Shown piece by piece: positions 60,109 through 64,000 of a stretch of DNA of 64,000 nucleotides (the stretch's first letter is position 1; each line of letters begins with the position of its first letter). Made by a program: the position numbers and the translations under genes. The notes under the pieces were generated by a model, which saw only the letters and a program-made list of their open reading frames with translations, was not told the origin of the DNA and ran no database searches. Source of the stretch: Macrostomum lignano (Eukaryota); assembly GCA_002269645.1 (NCBI GenBank), contig NIVC01000227.1:248001-312000 (forward strand). The letters run 5' to 3'.

Positions 60109-63100
60109 ATGCCTGAATTGCATCCAGTTTTCCAATTTCTGGCTCCTACAACAACCCAAAGCCATGACACTTTTAAGTCTAATCAGGCCACAGAGCTGCA
60201 GGTGTCTTCAATTAGAAAGGATGCTTCAAAACCAAAGCCAGTGATTGGCGCTGACAACAACTCAACAAAGCTAGTTATGTCTGCCTTGTCAAAATGCCAG
60301 CCACAAATGCAGTCAAGTAAGATATTATTAATATTACTTACAATTTTGCAACCACGCAACACTAAAGCATTGGCTGTTTTGTAGGATTGGCTAAAAATAT
60401 CCCAAACTGTTGGGCCCTAAATCTCTCTTTAGAATAGTCTGGTTTATTATGAAATTTAAAATTTCCTAGTATATATGCATTGCCATCTCTGCTTCCATCA
60501 ACAGCAAAGTTGCACTCGCTGACCAAGCCAAGCATTAGTTCTGCTGCAAAGCCTCTTCCTCTATCGCTGGTGAGAGAATTATTTTCAGTTACCTTTATTT
60601 GGATATCTATCCAATGAGAATGCTCAAATTAACTATTAGCCTCTTAATCTTGTTCCCAACACTCAAGAATATTGGCGTGCCCAGCTCAGTCTCAGGTGAG
60701 GCTACTGCTTCAACTGCTCAGGCTCCACCTTTGCAAGCGTCTGGTCCACTGAATAGCCTTCAATTCGCGCTATTGTTGGACAGCGGCGTTCGGCCCAAAG
60801 ACAAGCAGAATTATCGACGATTAATCATGACCAATGGCGGCATTGTGTCCTGCATTGTCACTAGGAAGGTAATTCGCTGTGGTATTATAATATGGAATGT
60901 TTCAGACAGTGTAAACTAGGCAGTGCGCTGATTGGCTGGCTGAGATCAGATAAGGCTCAGCCAGTGTACACCAAGCAGTGCACTCATTGGCTGGCTGAGA
61001 TTAGATAAGGCTCAGCCAGTGTACACCAGGCAGTGCACTCATTGGCTGGCTGAGATTAGATAAGGCTCAGCCAGTGTACACCAGGCAGTGCACTCATTGG
61101 CTGGCTGAGATTAGATAAGTCTCAGCCAGTGTACACCAAGCCGTGCGCTGATTGGCTGGCTGATATTAGATAAGGCTCAGCCAGTGTACACCAAGCAGTG
61201 CACTGATTGGCTGGCTGATATTAGATAAGGTTCAGACAGTGTACACCAAGCAGTGCGCTGATTGGCTGGCTAATATTAGATAAGGCTCAGCCAGTGTACA
61301 CAAGACAGTGCGCTGATTGGCTGGCAGGGTTGGGAATCAAAGTGCTGAACAGATTTTCCCTGCCTTCTACTCACCAGATTGACTACCTACTGGTATCCGA
61401 CGGTGTCGACCTGCAGTGCTCAAAAGTTCGACAGGCGCTCAGCCTTGGCAAGCCCGTGGTTCGAATCGGATTTCTCGACGCCTGCTTAGCCGCTGGTCGT
61501 CCGATTGGAACTGACGAATTCCTGGCGGCTGGAAAATCGGCCAGCGAACTGTTTGAGAAAGGAGCCGTTAGGGGTGAGTCACCAGAAGCAATTTTGTCTA
61601 GGGAGAACTCGTCTTTTGGTTATAGACTATTTTTGATTTGAGATTTCAAATGTAATACTGAATGATTCATATCATTTAGGCTTCAGAGGTTCCTTATCGG
61701 AGTTGATTTTTTAAATTAAAAACTTCCCCTTGGCGACAATATTATAAACGTTCCTTTTGGGGACACTTCTATAAAACGGCCCCTTTGGTGACACTTTCAT
61801 AGAACGGCCCTCTTGGACACACGTTTATAAAAACGGCACTTAGGGATCAATTTTTGGATACAGTTAAAATAAAGGAAACTTGCCGTGTCTTTTTCTAAAC
61901 ACTTTTTTCAAATTTCGCAATGGAAGCCTATTTTAATATTCTATCAGTGCCCGAGAAATCGGACACGCCGTCATTTCGAGTTCAAAACGTTAGCAACTTT
62001 CCGGAGGCGAGTAAGATATCACCGCCAACAGATCGATTCGAGCTGCTGCGGTACGCCATTTTTGTCAAGGTCAGCAGAGATTTGTTAGAAGCTCTACCTT
62101 GCTCTGTGAACTACTATAATATTTATGAATTGAATTTCATTATTTCAGAATGCGACTTACAGCCTGTTGGAGCTGTACACGGGCGAAATAGATGGACAGA
62201 ATCAGTACATTGTCTATGCTAGCAAGGGAAGCGAGGTAGGTATCGATTGGTTCTTTTAGTTATTAATTTTTCTAAAAGTACACATGTACTTTCTATGTGC
62301 GTTTGTACTTTTAAGCTAAAATGTACTTAGAATAATTTAGGGCGCACGTGTATTTTAGTTCGAACATTAAGCTTGAAGTACATTTGTACTTTTGCTGTAC
62401 TGGATCCTAATTAATTACTATTATAGTTACTATTTTGATTATTATCATATCTCGCAGGTCTTTGTTCCCGTGTCCATGCGGGTGATACCGGACGCTCCCA
62501 ACGCGCTGAATGTGCTGGCTCATCTGTCCGATTCGTACGGTAGCGGCGGCAGTCTGGGGCCGACGACTTCAGCTCCTGCTTCGACTAAATGGTGTCCTCT
62601 GAGTCGCGTCCGAGACTTGCCAGTTTCGCTGTTCCGATCCTGCTCGAACCAGCTTAGAGAGGTTAGTTAGCGTATGGGAAGAAGCTTGGGCGTGGGAAGC
62701 CACGATGTGGTGCGGTGGGACTTCTGTATGAAGATTATGTAGCGTGTGGGGAGATCTCAGTGTGTGTGGGAGACCTCAGCGTGTGGGAAGACTGCAACGG
62801 GTGGGGAGACTGCAGCGTGTGGGAAGACTGCAGCGTGTGGGAAGACTGCAACGGGTGGGGAGACTGCAGCGTGTGGGGAGACCTCAGCGTGTGGGGAGAC
62901 TGCAGCGGGTGGGAAGACTCCAACGGGTGGGGAGACTGCAACGGGTGGGGAGACTGCAACATGTGGGAAGACTGCAGCATGTAGTGTGTGAAATGCGGAC
63001 AGATGCCAGTGTGTGGAGAGAGCAGCGTGTGGGAAGACTGCAACGAGTGGGGAGACTGCAGCGTGTGGGAAGACTGCAACGGGTGGGGAGACTGCAGCGT

Positions 63101-63606
63101 GTGGGAAGACTGCAGCGTGTGGGAAGACTGCAACGGGTGGGGAGACTGCAGCGTGTGGGAAGACTGCAGCATGTAGTGTGTGAAATGCGGACAGATGCCA
63201 GTGTGTGGAGAGAGCAGCGTGTGGGAAGACTGAAACGAGTGGGGAGACTGCAGCGTGTGGGAAGACTGCAACGGGTGGGAAGACTGCAACATGTGGGAAG
63301 ACTGCAACATGTTGAAGACTGCAACATGTAGTGTGTGAAATGCGGACAGATGCCAGTGCGTGGAGAGAGCAGTGAGACATCAGTGAGGCAAAAACTCCTC
63401 ACAATACCCGATCCCATACCGGCCAACACTCGCAGGCGCTGACTCAAGTTGCTCCCAGCCTGTTGAACTCCGGCGAAGACCAGTTCGTTGAGGCCTGCTG
63501 GCAGGAGGCTCTGGAATTCCTGGGCCAAGCCTCTCAAAGCATTGGCGCGGGTGGCAACGGTTGGCTGGGCCACCTGATGCAGAGCCGGAGCTGCACCATT
63601 GACGAT
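60109..63606 (+). CDS. PARP4: PARP4/vault-PARP-like protein, 5' part (low-complexity N-terminus, BRCT, WGR-like region, start of regulatory domain); 3'-partial
   Basis: In-frame exons 60109-60316, 60505-60569, 60668-60868 (LQFALLLDSGVRPKDKQNYRRLIMTNGGIVSCIVTRK), 61378-61573 (IDYLLV..ALSLGKPVVRIGFLDACL, BRCT), 61948-62069, 62149-62235, 62458-62661 and 63436-63606 (FVEACWQEALEFL). The BRCT style resembles invertebrate PARP4; the catalytic domain is not in the window. Confidence 0.65.
60915..61325. repeat. 55-bp tandem repeat with ATTGGCTGGCTGA, intronic
   Basis: CCAGTGTACA recurs at 60961, 61016 and onward. Confidence 0.93.
62745..63350. repeat. 18-bp minisatellite (GTGTGGGAAGACTGCAGC) with higher-order blocks of about 180-200 bp
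   Basis: Direct reading; a GTAGTGTGTGAAATGCGGACAGATGCCAG spacer recurs three times. Confidence 0.92.
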
Positions 63607-63689
63607 GTAAGCAAAGTTTTTTGTGTACTTTTTAAATAAATCTGTATATTATTTGTGTGGGCTTAGTACGCTTGCGTGCATTAGACCAA

Positions 63690-64000
63690 GTACTGCAGAG
63701 GGTTGCACGCTTTAATTAAGTGTTGGAGAGGGTTGCACGCTTTAATTAAGTGTTGGAGAGGGTTGCACGCTTTAGTAGTTAAATACTGGAGAGGGCTGCA
63801 CGCTTTAGTTAAATACTTGGAGAGGATTGCACGCTTTAGTTTAATACTTGGAGAGGGTTGTACGCTTTAGTTTAATACTTGGAGAGGATTGCACGCTTTA
63901 GTTTAATACTTGGAGAGGGTTTCACGCTTTAGTTAAATACTTGGAGAGGGTTGCACGCTTTAGTTTAATACTTGGAGAGGGTTGCACGCTTTAGTTAAAT
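63690..64000. repeat. About 30-bp minisatellite (GGAGAGGGTTGCACGCTTTAGTTAAATACTT)
   Basis: Direct reading; runs off the window. Confidence 0.92.

Noticed and set aside
62715-63573. Repeat-rich ORFs (WEDC, LQSSH, RVGRLQ)
   Set aside because: They are 18-bp minisatellite translations inside a PARP4-like intron.

Overview
This is eukaryotic, intron-rich, satellite-laden DNA. The GT-AG introns, poly-A/Q/G coding tracts, and 3' splice acceptors just upstream of start codons suggest a free-living flatworm such as Macrostomum; this is inference and was not verified. I reconstructed seven genes by hand from splice sites and reading-frame phase: (1) a minus-strand Cys-rich extracellular protein with EB-like, calcium-binding EGF and TNFR-type modules, running off the left edge; (2) a small type I membrane protein; (3) an intronless AP-3 sigma subunit; (4) a Shaw/Kv3 K+ channel with a predicted long N-terminus containing a 19-Cys cassette exon; (5) a roughly 920-aa thymine-DNA glycosylase with a CCAAT-derived coding repeat; (6) a C18orf21/RMP24-like Zn-finger protein about 280 bp upstream of TDG, a candidate operon; (7) the 5' part of a PARP4-like gene running off the right edge. 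Most large introns hold their own mini- or microsatellite, and several MITE-, Helitron- and SINE-like relics are present. The strongest leads are the Cys-rich Kv3 exon, the inverted (CAGT)n/(ACTG)n arrays bracketing the Kv3 T1 exon, and the RMP24-like/TDG polycistron. No CRISPR array, tRNA or rRNA could be supported. All exon models are manual and need RNA-seq confirmation.
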